A stretch of 40,866 nucleotides of DNA, taken from the NCBI GenBank assembly GCA_019422005.1, contig JAHZEF010000002.1:1-40866 (forward strand), read 5' to 3'. The notes under the pieces are model-generated. The model made no database searches, was not told the origin of the DNA, and was given only the letters and a program-made list of their open reading frames with translations. Below are positions 8,796 to 18,132 of the stretch, one piece after another. Source of the stretch: Clostridiales bacterium (GTDB lineage: Bacteria > Bacillota > Clostridia > Oscillospirales > Oscillospiraceae). How positions within the stretch are numbered: the stretch's first letter is position 1; each line of letters starts with the position of its first letter. Position numbers and translations under genes: made by a program.

Positions 8796-9980
8796 TTATT
8801 GAAGGTTTCGGAACAGGGCTGCAATCCCCTGCCCGCCTCCGATGCACATGGTCACCAATCCCAGGCTGGCGCCGGTGTCATTCATTGCGTACATCAGCTT
8901 GACCGGCAGCAGGCAGCCGCTGGTCCCTACGGGATGCCCCATGGCGATTGCTCCGCCGTAAATATTGACTTTTTCCATGGGGAGCCGCAGCTCGCGGATT
9001 ACGGCAAGCGACTGGGAGGCAAACGCTTCGTTCAGCTCAATCAGATCCAGATCCTCCACAGCCAGGCCGGCTTTCCCGAGCAGTTTCCGCGTGGCCAGCG
9101 CGGGCGCAAATCCCATATACTCCGGTTCATTGCCTGCCACAGCATACGACAGCAATTCCATTTTCGGCTTGCAGCCCAGAGCCTCCGCCCTTTCTCTGGT
9201 CATCAGCACCACAGCTGCCGCGCCGTCATTGATCCCTGAGGAATTCGCCGCCGTAACCGTACCGCCTTCCTGAAATGCAGGGCGGAGCTTCGCCAGCTTT
9301 TCCATGGTAAGGCCCCGGCGGACATGTTCATCCGTGTCAAACAGGAATTTTTCTTTTTTCCGGCTGACCTCTACAGGGAGAATCTGGCCCCGAAACTTTC
9401 CGCGGTCCATTGCAGCCAGCATTTTTTCATGGCTCTGCAGCGCAAACATATCCTGATCTTCACGGCTGATCCGGTACTTCCGGGCCACCGCTTCCGCTGT
9501 GGTCCCGTTATGATACGGCCCCAGGGGCCACGTCAAAATATCTATGAGACCGTCTTCCAGCGTCTGGTGCCCCATACGCAGCCCTTCGCGGGCGCCTTTG
9601 ACATAATAGGGAAGCCGGCTCATATTTTCCGTGCCGCAGGCAACAACAATATCAGCGTTGCCGGTCAGAAGTTCCAGAGACCCATCCACGATTGCCTGCA
9701 GCCCAGACCCGCACTGGCGGTTGACTGAATAAGCCGTGGTCTCAATCGGAAGGCCTGCTTTGAGCATAGCAGCCCGGGCCAGGAAACCGCTTTCAGCAAT
9801 CTGCCCCACATTGCCCACAATCACTTCATCGACGGCTTCCGGCGGGATCTCCGCCCGGCGAACAGCTTCCTGAATCACCAGGCCCGCCAGGTCAATCTGG
9901 TCTACCGAAGAAAGGGATCCCATAAAACTTCCGACGGCAGTACGGACGCCGCTGACAATGACTATATCCTTCTGTCCCAT
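8796..9980 (-). CDS. Thiolase (acetyl-CoA C-acyltransferase)
   Basis: NRQCGSG, NEAF, GHPVG, CIGGGQG motifs; GGAGG RBS before ATG 9980. Confidence 0.95.
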   Translation of the reverse strand: MGQKDIVIVSGVRTAVGSFMGSLSSVDQIDLAGLVIQEAVRRAEIPPEAVDEVIVGNVGQIAESGFLARAAMLKAGLPIETTAYSVNRQCGSGLQAIVDGSLELLTGNADIVVACGTENMSRLPYYVKGAREGLRMGHQTLEDGLIDILTWPLGPYHNGTTAEAVARKYRISREDQDMFALQSHEKMLAAMDRGKFRGQILPVEVSRKKEKFLFDTDEHVRRGLTMEKLAKLRPAFQEGGTVTAANSSGINDGAAAVVLMTRERAEALGCKPKMELLSYAVAGNEPEYMGFAPALATRKLLGKAGLAVEDLDLIELNEAFASQSLAVIRELRLPMEKVNIYGGAIAMGHPVGTSGCLLPVKLMYAMNDTGASLGLVTMCIGGGQGIAALFRNLQ

Positions 9981-10046
9981 AGTTCTGATTCCCTCCATAA
10001 TTCAAATCGTTTTGTTTAGTATACCTGTCATTCAGGCGGCCCTGCA

Positions 10047-10062
10047 ATGTCAAAACTGACAA
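10047..10062. promoter_or_regulatory. Putative CdaR/PucR-family operator (TTGT-N8-ACAA type)
   Basis: ATGT-CAAAACTG-ACAA between divergent thiolase and SDR; a weaker copy TTGT-N8-CCAG at 10110-10125. Confidence 0.5.
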
Positions 10063-10229
10063 AAAAACGGCCTCATCCCTGTCAAAACAGAGGATAGGCC
10101 GGGATCATTTTGTGCAAACCGCCAGTATGATACAAAAAAATCATGCATTCGGCCATAGTTTTTAAACCTGCGGCAGGGTATGATGAAGGAAAGCGATGCA
10201 GTGCAATTCAGCAAGGAGGCGTTGGAACA

Positions 10230-11048
10230 ATGAGCAGGAACGGAAAGGCAGTTTTGGTTACAGGCTCCAGCAGGGGGATCGGGCGGGAAATTGCCCTGTC
10301 GTTCGCCCGGGCCGGTTATGATGTGGCAGTTCACTACAACGGTTCCCGGGAAGCCGCCGCCCAGGTCATGCGCCAGGCAGAATGCCTGGGAGTCCGGTGC
10401 TGTGCAATCCAGGGCGACACCGGCGATCCGGAGGTACCGGGGCGCCTGGTCAGGGAGGCTGTTGCCGCCTTAGGGCGTCTGGATGTGTTTGTGGCCAACG
10501 CCGGCTTTTTCGCCAAGGAGGCTTTGACCAGCATGACAGTGGAGCTGATGGACAAATTATACAGCGTAAATTTTCGCGGTATGATCCTCGGCGCACAAGC
10601 CGCTGCGCGGTATTTCCTTCAGGCCGGCATCGCAGGATGCATCCTGATCAATACCAGCGTCCGGGCCTACAGCGCTCACACAGACGACTGTATATATGGC
10701 GCGCTGAAAGCTGGCATGAACCGAATCATCCAGTCCTTCGCCATGGAACTCGGGCCGGCCGGAATTCGTGTATGCGGCTTCGCCCCCGGCATTATCAACG
10801 TCACCTGTCCGGATGCCGCTGCGGAAAAGAAGGATTCCTTTTATGCCGATACGCACCGCTTCGTGCCTTTACGGCGGAACGGCTATGCGGAGGATTTGGG
10901 GGAGCCGGTTGTTTTCCTGGCCTCGGATGCCGCACGGTATATCACCGGGACAGTATTGCAGGTGGACGGCGGCCTCAGTGCAGTGGGTGCTCCGGAGGAT
11001 ATTGCGGGACTGCGCCAGGCATTTGATTTAGACGGATTGCATCAGTGA
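10230..11048 (+). CDS. SDR family oxidoreductase
   Basis: AAGGAGG RBS; TGSSRGIG, NAG, YGALK catalytic YxxxK, ITG..L.VDGG. Confidence 0.93.
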   Translation: MSRNGKAVLVTGSSRGIGREIALSFARAGYDVAVHYNGSREAAAQVMRQAECLGVRCCAIQGDTGDPEVPGRLVREAVAALGRLDVFVANAGFFAKEALTSMTVELMDKLYSVNFRGMILGAQAAARYFLQAGIAGCILINTSVRAYSAHTDDCIYGALKAGMNRIIQSFAMELGPAGIRVCGFAPGIINVTCPDAAAEKKDSFYADTHRFVPLRRNGYAEDLGEPVVFLASDAARYITGTVLQVDGGLSAVGAPEDIAGLRQAFDLDGLHQ

Positions 11049-11058
11049 GGAGCGGTAT

Positions 11059-12231
11059 ATGGAAAAGTTTTGCTATTGTAAGCCGACAAAAGTGATTTAT
11101 GGCGCAGGAGAGTTTTCAAAATTGGGGGCCGAGGCTGCAGCCTGGGGGCGGAAAGCCTTATTGGTAAAGGACGCCGGCCCTCTGGAGGAACTGGGAATCT
11201 ACCGGCGGGCGCTCCGGTATCTCGAAGCGGAGGGAATCACCGTCCTTGAACTGGAGGGTATCGCCTCAAATCCCCGCCTCACTAAAATCGACGAAGGCAT
11301 TGCCCTTGCCAAAGACGCGCATATCGAACTTGTAATTGCCGTGGGCGGAGGGAGCTGTATTGATACAGCCAAAGCGATTGCACTGGGAGCCGCAGACAGC
11401 GGAGACGTTTGGGACTTTTTCTGCGGCCGGCGAACGCCCAAAGCCGCATTGCCTGTGGGTGTCGCAACAACCATTGCCGGCACGGGATCCGAGACCGATG
11501 ATACGGCCGTCGTCTCCTATGACCGTTCCGAACCGCATGCAAAGTGGGATTGCTTCAGTTTTCTGAACTATCCCAAATTTGCAATCCTGGATCCGGAGCT
11601 GCATGTGACTGTCCCCAGAAGCCTGACGGCAGCAGGGATGGCCGACGCGATTTCCCACGCTGCTGAGGCATATTTCTTTGATTTCTCTGACGAACCATTC
11701 CAGGATCAGTACGTGGAGGGCCTGGTCCGAACAATCATCTCCTGTCAGGACGTACTGAACCGGCCGGATGACCTGGAACTGCGCGGCAGGCTATGCTGGT
11801 GCGCCTCTCTGGCCATTGACGGCCTTGGAAACCTGGGCCGCAGAGCACATCCGGTGAGCAGCTGGCCCGGCCATCTCGTATTGGCAGGGATCACCGCCGT
11901 CAGCGATACCCATCATGGGAAGGGCATGGCCGTGATGCTGCCCGCCTGCTGCGAGACGGCAAATGAAGAAAACCCTGTCAAGACAGCCCGGTTTGCAAGG
12001 GAAGTATTCGGCATTCAGCAGGCGCCCGGCATGACAGACCGGGAGCTCGGGCAATTGGGAATCGATTGTTTGCGCAGCCTGTATAAAAGCTGGGGACTGC
12101 CGACCACACTGCCGGAACTGGGTGTACAGAGGGCGCATCTTCCGCAGATCTTGGAAGCAGTCCGGCAGCACCCCGGCAAAGGGAATATGACGGCAGCCCA
12201 GGCTGAAAACCTGCTCAGCAAGTGCTTCTGA
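11059..12231 (+). CDS. Iron-containing alcohol dehydrogenase (BdhA/YqhD-like)
   Basis: GGGSCIDTAK, TIAGTGSE, ILDP, DAISHAAE, later His ligands. Confidence 0.92.
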   Translation: MEKFCYCKPTKVIYGAGEFSKLGAEAAAWGRKALLVKDAGPLEELGIYRRALRYLEAEGITVLELEGIASNPRLTKIDEGIALAKDAHIELVIAVGGGSCIDTAKAIALGAADSGDVWDFFCGRRTPKAALPVGVATTIAGTGSETDDTAVVSYDRSEPHAKWDCFSFLNYPKFAILDPELHVTVPRSLTAAGMADAISHAAEAYFFDFSDEPFQDQYVEGLVRTIISCQDVLNRPDDLELRGRLCWCASLAIDGLGNLGRRAHPVSSWPGHLVLAGITAVSDTHHGKGMAVMLPACCETANEENPVKTARFAREVFGIQQAPGMTDRELGQLGIDCLRSLYKSWGLPTTLPELGVQRAHLPQILEAVRQHPGKGNMTAAQAENLLSKCF

Positions 12232-12242
12232 CGCGCTGAGTC

Positions 12243-13343
12243 TCAAATCACAGTCATGGTATATTGCGGCGCATCCAGGCCACGCTTTACCAGCAAATAG
12301 TGCACAACCGCAGTGTACAAATAGAAGAGATCCTCAAGGTTTTGGGGGTCTCTTTTTGTAATTTCAAAAATTTTGTCCAGTCGGTACTTCAGTGTGTTCC
12401 TGTGAATGAACAACGCCTGTGCAGTCGGAGTAATCTCGCCGCTGCATTCCACAAATGTCAGAAGCGTTCCGATCATATCCACGCCTCTCCCTTCCGCTTC
12501 CAGCGTCTCCATTTCCTGCAGCATTTCCGGCGTGCCGATATTGGACAGCTGATGAATAAAACTGAAATCACGGTAATGATAAATTGACGTATTCGGAGCA
12601 AACACAGGCCCGAAGCGGAGCGCTTCCAGCGCCTGTGTCAGGGATTTGTAAATGATATCCGTAACGTTGCCAATACCGACCGCGCTGGAAAACAGCAGCT
12701 GCATTTCATGAATCATATTGTGATAATGCTCAGAGTCACAGGTTGCGACAGCCAGAATCCGGCTGTTGACCTTGACCCATAAATCCAGCGGCTGGAGGCA
12801 ATTGGCGCGGATCAGCGGGAGCAGCTCGTCAATGTCGGGGCAATCATGCTGAAAAAGCACAAGGAAGTATGGCTTGTCCACATGGATTCCCAGCGCCTTC
12901 CCCCGGTTCAGGAAGGAAGTCGTGTACTCCTTCGCCTGAAACAGCCATTCATGCATGAAATCGTTGATCGACTGGCCCTTCATCTGTTTTTTCCGCAAAG
13001 ATTGCGCCTGCAGTACAAGCAGCTCTGCAGTCGTGCAGGTCAAATTCACATACGGCTCCGTTTCCGATACTTCCCCATATACGGCAATCGCCCCGATCGG
13101 AACCTCCTCCAGGCAGAGCACGGAGTAAAAGCCGCCGACATCCATGGTGCTTTGGCTGGAAACCCGGATGTTGGTGCATCCCACCAGGCACTGCTGCGCA
13201 GCAGGGCTGATGCTGCCGACCAATTCCGCGCGGGTACTGGAGAGGATCATGCCGTGATCATCCATCATGGCCAGCTCGAATGGCACCAGTTCCCGAAGCT
13301 TACTGACGGCAATGTCAGCAATATCACGATGCAGAAACTTCAT
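12243..13343 (-). CDS. CdaR/PucR-family transcriptional regulator
   Basis: N-terminal MMDDHGMILSST sensor region; C-terminal TAQALFIHRNTLKYRLDKI HTH; GGAGG RBS. Confidence 0.92.
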   Translation of the reverse strand: MKFLHRDIADIAVSKLRELVPFELAMMDDHGMILSSTRAELVGSISPAAQQCLVGCTNIRVSSQSTMDVGGFYSVLCLEEVPIGAIAVYGEVSETEPYVNLTCTTAELLVLQAQSLRKKQMKGQSINDFMHEWLFQAKEYTTSFLNRGKALGIHVDKPYFLVLFQHDCPDIDELLPLIRANCLQPLDLWVKVNSRILAVATCDSEHYHNMIHEMQLLFSSAVGIGNVTDIIYKSLTQALEALRFGPVFAPNTSIYHYRDFSFIHQLSNIGTPEMLQEMETLEAEGRGVDMIGTLLTFVECSGEITPTAQALFIHRNTLKYRLDKIFEITKRDPQNLEDLFYLYTAVVHYLLVKRGLDAPQYTMTVI

Positions 13344-13386
13344 ATACAGCCTCCATTTCCGCGTTTTACAGAACGCACTTTTTTCT

Positions 13387-13418
13387 ATCATATTCTCTCT
13401 CATTGTAGATTGCAACAA
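13387..13418 (-). promoter_or_regulatory. Regulator promoter overlapped by TTGT-N8-ACAA box
   Basis: TTGCAA-17bp-TATGAT on the minus strand; TTGT-AGATTGCA-ACAA at 13403-13418 covers the -35. Confidence 0.6.
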
Positions 13419-13454
13419 GGAACGTCGAAATTAAGCCTCATTTTTTAAAAATCA

Positions 13455-13530
13455 TAGTGCATTATGACAATGAACATGGAGCAAGATCGTTTCCAGGGCC
13501 AATGCATATCATCCGATGGCCCGATATAAT
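13455..13530 (+). promoter_or_regulatory. Putative activator-dependent promoter of the main catabolic operon
   Basis: TAGT-N8-ACAA (13455-13470), weak TCGT-N8-CCAA (13487-13502), poor -35, TATAAT at 13525-13530. Confidence 0.5.
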
Positions 13531-13592
13531 GGTGGTAGGGAAAAACGGGTGGCCGTTTGAAGTTCGTGTATGTGAAAAGGAGATGCATAAGT

Positions 13593-14444
13593 ATGGAACA
13601 AGTTATGGTGGTCGGTTCCGGGCTGATGGGCACAGGAATTGCGCAGACCTGCGCTCAGGCGGGTTTTGACGTTTTGCTTGTGGATATCCGGCAGGAATTT
13701 TTGGACCGTTCCCTGGAACGCCTGGACCGCCAGCTGTCAAAGCTGGTAGCAAAAGGGAAGTTTGCAGCGGAACAAAAAGAAGCGATCCTTTCCCGGATTC
13801 ACCCGACGCTGGAGCTGGCAGACGGAATGCGTGCAGCCCTGGTAATCGAGGCAGTCAGCGAAAATCTGGATCTGAAAAAGAAGGTCTTTTCTCAGATCGA
13901 TGCCGTTTGCGGCCCCGACGCCATTATCGCCAGCAACACCTCCACGCTTTCCATTGCGGCGCTGGGCGGCGCGACAAAGCGTCCGGAGCGCTGCATCGGG
14001 CTGCATTTCTTCATCCCCGCCCCGGTCATGAAGCTGGTCGAAATCATCCCTTCCCTGAGGACGGACAAGGCGGTCGTTGCCTTTATGCAGGATTTTGCTG
14101 TTCGGATCGGCAAGACAAGCGTACTGTGCAATGACTACCCGGGATTCATTGTCAACCGCCTTGCGGTCCCCATGTGGAACGAAGCCATGTTCCTGGTCAT
14201 GGAGGGCGTCTCTCCAGAGGACGTGGATACCGCTCTGACTTTGGGAACCAATATGGCCATGGGCCCGTTGGCAACGGCAGATTTTGCCGGTTTGGACACG
14301 GTTCTTGCCACCATGACCGCCCTGTGGGAGGGATATCGGGATCCCAAATTCCGCCCCTGCCCGCTTCTGGTAAAAATGGTGGAGTCCGGCAACCTGGGCC
14401 GCAAGACAGGACGGGGCTTTTATGCATATGACGAACAGGCGTGA
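13593..14444 (+). CDS. 3-hydroxyacyl-CoA dehydrogenase (Hbd-like), copy 1
   Basis: GSGLMG..LVDI, IEAVSE, SNTST, GLHFF, PGFIVNR, GRKTGRGFY. Confidence 0.93.
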   Translation: MEQVMVVGSGLMGTGIAQTCAQAGFDVLLVDIRQEFLDRSLERLDRQLSKLVAKGKFAAEQKEAILSRIHPTLELADGMRAALVIEAVSENLDLKKKVFSQIDAVCGPDAIIASNTSTLSIAALGGATKRPERCIGLHFFIPAPVMKLVEIIPSLRTDKAVVAFMQDFAVRIGKTSVLCNDYPGFIVNRLAVPMWNEAMFLVMEGVSPEDVDTALTLGTNMAMGPLATADFAGLDTVLATMTALWEGYRDPKFRPCPLLVKMVESGNLGRKTGRGFYAYDEQA

Positions 14445-15324
14445 GAAAGCGCCGGACAGGGCCGTTTCAGAAGGGCGGATCCTGGTGGCCGGGGCCGGGA
14501 CCATGGGATATGGGATCGCGGCGGCGTGTGCTCTGGGCGGATTTCAGGTTGTAATGACCAGCCGCCGAAAAGAGTCGCTGGACAAAGGCCTGTCCAATGC
14601 CCGGCGGGATTTGTCACAAATGGCGAAGGACGGGCTGATCACACGGGAAGAGGCGGCCGCAGCACTGGAGCGGATCCAGGTTTCCACAGACCTGTCGGCA
14701 GGCCGCAGCGCCGCCTTTGTGCTGGAAACAATCACCGAGGATCTCGCCGCGAAGCAGGAGCTTTTATCCCAGCTGGACAAGCTATGCCCCCCGGAGACCA
14801 TCTTTGCGTCTGATACCTCCACCCTTTCCATTGCGGCACTGGGGAGGGCCACAAAGAGGCCGGACCGCGTCATTGGGCTTCATTTTTTCACCCCCGTACC
14901 GATTCAGAAACTGGCGGAAGTCATCCGCAGCGTCGATACCTCGGACGGGACGTTTTCGGCTGCCTGCCGCCTGGCAGGGCAGTTGGGAAAAACAGTTGTC
15001 CAGGCCCCGGACCGGCCCGGTTTTATTGTAAACCGCGTCGCTTCGCACACCTGGAACGAAGCGCTGCAGCTGATCGCGGAGGGAGTGTCCCCCCAGGATA
15101 TCGATACGGCCATGAAGCTTGGAACCAACGCGCAGCTGGGTCCGGCAGAACTGATCGATCTTTGCGGGGCCGATACCATGCTGCATGTGATTGAAACGCT
15201 CTATGACGGATTCCGCGATCCTAAATTCCGCCCCAATCCCCTGCTGAAAAAAATGGTGGAAGCGGGCCGCCTGGGCAGAAAGACCGGGCGTGGATTTTAT
15301 GATTACAAGGAGGGAGCCACTTGA
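14428..15324 (+). CDS. 3-hydroxyacyl-CoA dehydrogenase (Hbd-like), copy 2
   Basis: GAGTMG..MTSRR, SDTST, GLHFF, PGFIVNR, GRKTGRGFY. Start is 14422 or 14428. Confidence 0.9.
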   Translation: MTNRREKAPDRAVSEGRILVAGAGTMGYGIAAACALGGFQVVMTSRRKESLDKGLSNARRDLSQMAKDGLITREEAAAALERIQVSTDLSAGRSAAFVLETITEDLAAKQELLSQLDKLCPPETIFASDTSTLSIAALGRATKRPDRVIGLHFFTPVPIQKLAEVIRSVDTSDGTFSAACRLAGQLGKTVVQAPDRPGFIVNRVASHTWNEALQLIAEGVSPQDIDTAMKLGTNAQLGPAELIDLCGADTMLHVIETLYDGFRDPKFRPNPLLKKMVEAGRLGRKTGRGFYDYKEGAT

Positions 15325-16511
15325 AACTGCTGTCCTGTAACGCCGGCAGCACCTCTCTGAAATTCCGGCTCTATCAAATGCCGGAAGAGCGGGAGCTTCT
15401 GACGGGCAAGATGGAGAAGATCGGCTCGGACCAGGCCGTCATAACCGTGACCCGGGGCACGGAGCGCCGCCGCCTGACCCGGCCGGTAGCCAATTTCCTC
15501 GCGGGCGCCCGCCTGGCTGTATCGCTTTTGGCAGACTGCGGCGTATTGTCGTCAGAGCAGGATCTGGACGCGGTCGCCTTTAAGACTGTACACGGAGGTT
15601 CCATTGTCGATCCCTGTATCATCGACAGCCGCGTGATGGAAGCGCTGGAGGAATACATTACCGTGGCCCCCCTGCACAACCGCATCTATGTCGATCTGAT
15701 CAGGGCTTTTCAAGCCACGCTTCCTGAAACGGCACTGATTGCAGTCTTTGAGACAGCGTTTCATAAGGATGCGCCGGAGGAGATGCAGTATTACGCCGTG
15801 CCGTTTGCGTGGAGGGAGCAATATGGGATCCAACGCTACGGATTCCACGGCGCTTCTCACAGTTACATCAACACGCGCCTTCAGCAGCTGCTGAAGATTC
15901 AGAATCCATCCGGGTTCCATGCGATTTCCTGCCATTTGGGCGGCAGTTCCTCCCTGTGTGCACTGCGGGACGGAATCTCCATAGGCGCCACGCAGGGCTT
16001 TTCGCCCCAGTCCGGTATCGCCATGGGGACAAGAACCGGGGATTTGGACGTCTATGCCGTTTTCCATCTGCTGAAAAAGGGGTTCACTCCGGATGAACTT
16101 GACCGGACCCTGTTCCATGAGAGCGGCCTGAAAGGCCTTTCAGGCCTCAGCGACGATATCCGGGAACTGGAAGCAGCCGCTTCAGCCGGAAACCGGCGGG
16201 CGCGCTTGGCTTTGGACGTTTACTGTTATGATGTGAAACGCTATCTGGGCCAATATATGGCCCTGCTCGGCCGAACGGACGCCATTGTTTTTACCGGAGG
16301 GATCGGGGAAAACAGCGCCGGGATCCGAAGCCGCATTCTGTCGGGAATGGAGCCGCTGGGGATTCGTCTGAGCGAAGAACGCAACCAGTCCAACAGCCCG
16401 GAGTCACGCATCTCCGCCGACGATTCGCCCATCGCCGTTTATGTGGTGCCAACGAATGAAGAAGTCGTCATCGCACGTCAGGCTTACGCCGTCTGGGAGG
16501 GAGCAAACTGA
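15321..16511 (+). CDS. Acetate/propionate kinase family (variant)
   Basis: NAGSTSLK, APLHN, RYGFHGASH, GTRTGD, FTGGIGENS, PTNEE; TTG start overlaps the upstream stop. Confidence 0.92.
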   Translation: MKLLSCNAGSTSLKFRLYQMPEERELLTGKMEKIGSDQAVITVTRGTERRRLTRPVANFLAGARLAVSLLADCGVLSSEQDLDAVAFKTVHGGSIVDPCIIDSRVMEALEEYITVAPLHNRIYVDLIRAFQATLPETALIAVFETAFHKDAPEEMQYYAVPFAWREQYGIQRYGFHGASHSYINTRLQQLLKIQNPSGFHAISCHLGGSSSLCALRDGISIGATQGFSPQSGIAMGTRTGDLDVYAVFHLLKKGFTPDELDRTLFHESGLKGLSGLSDDIRELEAAASAGNRRARLALDVYCYDVKRYLGQYMALLGRTDAIVFTGGIGENSAGIRSRILSGMEPLGIRLSEERNQSNSPESRISADDSPIAVYVVPTNEEVVIARQAYAVWEGAN

Positions 16512-16512
16512 T

Positions 16513-17289
16513 ATGGGAGAAACTGTTTTGCTGCAGTCTGCAGGGCATATCGCAACATTGCGGCTGAACCGTCCGCAAACCTTCAATGCACTGGATGAAG
16601 AAAGCCTGAAGCTGCTGCTCGAAAAAGTAAACGCCGTTGCGGCAGATCCGGAAATCAGGGTGCTGATTGTCGGCAGTACAAGCCCAAAGTCCTTTGCTTC
16701 CGGTGCAGATATCGCTCAAATGCTGCACAACTCCCCTGCGCAGTCGGAGCGATTCTGTGATCTGGGCTTCTGGGCATTCCAGGCCCTGGCAGACCTTCCG
16801 CAGCCGGTAATCGCGGCGATTGGCGGCCACTGCCTCGGCGGCGGCCTGGAACTGGCCATGGCCTGTGACCTGCGCATCGCATCCCGCCGGGCAAAGTTCG
16901 GATACCCGGAAGTCCGGTTGGGGATTCTGCCGGGCTGGGGCGGGCTCCATCGGACTGCTTCCGCAATTGGAATGGCCCGCGCAAAGGAGATGATGTTCAC
17001 CGGACAGGCAATCACCGCCGAGGAGGCTCTGCGGATCGGATTGGTCAACCAGGTGGTGGAGCCGGAAGCCCTGGAGGACGTCTGCATGCAGCTGGCGCAA
17101 ACCATTGCCGCCAACGCCCCGCTGCCGATCCGGCTGATCAAGCAGACGATCGGCGCGGCCGCTTCCGCACCTCCCACCGCCAACGCGATTGCAGACCGGG
17201 CCATGGGGCTTTGTTTCAGCAGCGAAGATCAAAAGGAAGGTATGCGCGCATTTCTGGAAAAACGCCCGCCTGTCTTCCGTGGCCGATGA
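16513..17289 (+). CDS. Enoyl-CoA hydratase (canonical crotonase)
   Basis: ASGADI, GGGLELAMACD, PEVRLGILPGWGG (both catalytic Glu), EGMRAFLEKR. Confidence 0.93.
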   Translation: MGETVLLQSAGHIATLRLNRPQTFNALDEESLKLLLEKVNAVAADPEIRVLIVGSTSPKSFASGADIAQMLHNSPAQSERFCDLGFWAFQALADLPQPVIAAIGGHCLGGGLELAMACDLRIASRRAKFGYPEVRLGILPGWGGLHRTASAIGMARAKEMMFTGQAITAEEALRIGLVNQVVEPEALEDVCMQLAQTIAANAPLPIRLIKQTIGAAASAPPTANAIADRAMGLCFSSEDQKEGMRAFLEKRPPVFRGR

Positions 17290-17298
17290 GGAGGAAGC

Positions 17299-18105
17299 AT
17301 GGAATATACAAATTTCAAATTATCTGTCGCCGACGGCGTGGCGGCCATTACGCTCAGCCGTCCGGAAAAGCTCAACGCGCTGACCGCAGTGATCTGGGAG
17401 GAGCTGGACAGGGTATTGAGCGCACTCCAATGCGACAGCGCCGTGCGCGCGCTGCTGCTCTGCGGCGAGGGGCGCGCTTTCTGTGCCGGTTTTGACCTGA
17501 AGGCGTCCTCGGAAGAGGAGGATAGCGGCGTGTTTGAGCAGTGGGAAGGCATTCAGCGGCAGCATGATATCATGCTGCGGTTGTGGGATTTCCCCAAGCC
17601 AGTGGTGGCTGCTGTACAGGGATACTGCCTGGGCGGCGGCTACGAACTGGCAAACCTGGCCGACCTGATCATAGCGGCAGACGACGCGGTGTTTGGCCTG
17701 ACTGAAATGCGCTATTCCCTGGTGCCGAAACCCAATACGGTCTGGCTGGTCGGGGCGCGCAAGGCGAAGGAGATCCTGCTGCTGGCAGAAAAATTCGACG
17801 CCTGGGAAGCGCAGCGAATCGGCCTGATCAACCGGGTTGTTCCAAGGAATCAGCTGGAAACCGAAGCGCGGCGCATGGCGGTGAAGCTCGCAAGAATGCC
17901 GGAGGAAACCATGCGCATGACAAAGCGAATCATCAACAAGGCCATTGATGCACAGGGCTTCCGTGAAACAGGCGATTGGGGCTGGGACCTGTTTCTGCTG
18001 AGTAAGCTCACGGAAACCAAGCTCCGTGCGGAATTCGACAAAATCGGTTCAGAGCAGGGGATGAAAGCGGCTTTCCAATGGATAAACAGCCGCTTTGATG
18101 TATGA
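17299..18105 (+). CDS. Crotonase-superfamily protein (non-canonical)
   Basis: FCAGFDL, PKPVVAAVQGYCLGGGYEL, LTEMRY. Confidence 0.9.
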   Translation: MEYTNFKLSVADGVAAITLSRPEKLNALTAVIWEELDRVLSALQCDSAVRALLLCGEGRAFCAGFDLKASSEEEDSGVFEQWEGIQRQHDIMLRLWDFPKPVVAAVQGYCLGGGYELANLADLIIAADDAVFGLTEMRYSLVPKPNTVWLVGARKAKEILLLAEKFDAWEAQRIGLINRVVPRNQLETEARRMAVKLARMPEETMRMTKRIINKAIDAQGFRETGDWGWDLFLLSKLTETKLRAEFDKIGSEQGMKAAFQWINSRFDV

Positions 18106-18132
18106 CAATCAAAAAGGAGACGATCAGGTGTC

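Noticed and set aside
8796..17289. Standard butyrate-synthesis operon (thl-hbd-crt)
   Set aside because: bcd/etfAB and but/buk are absent, and the importer, lactonase and dedicated regulator point to substrate-specific catabolism.
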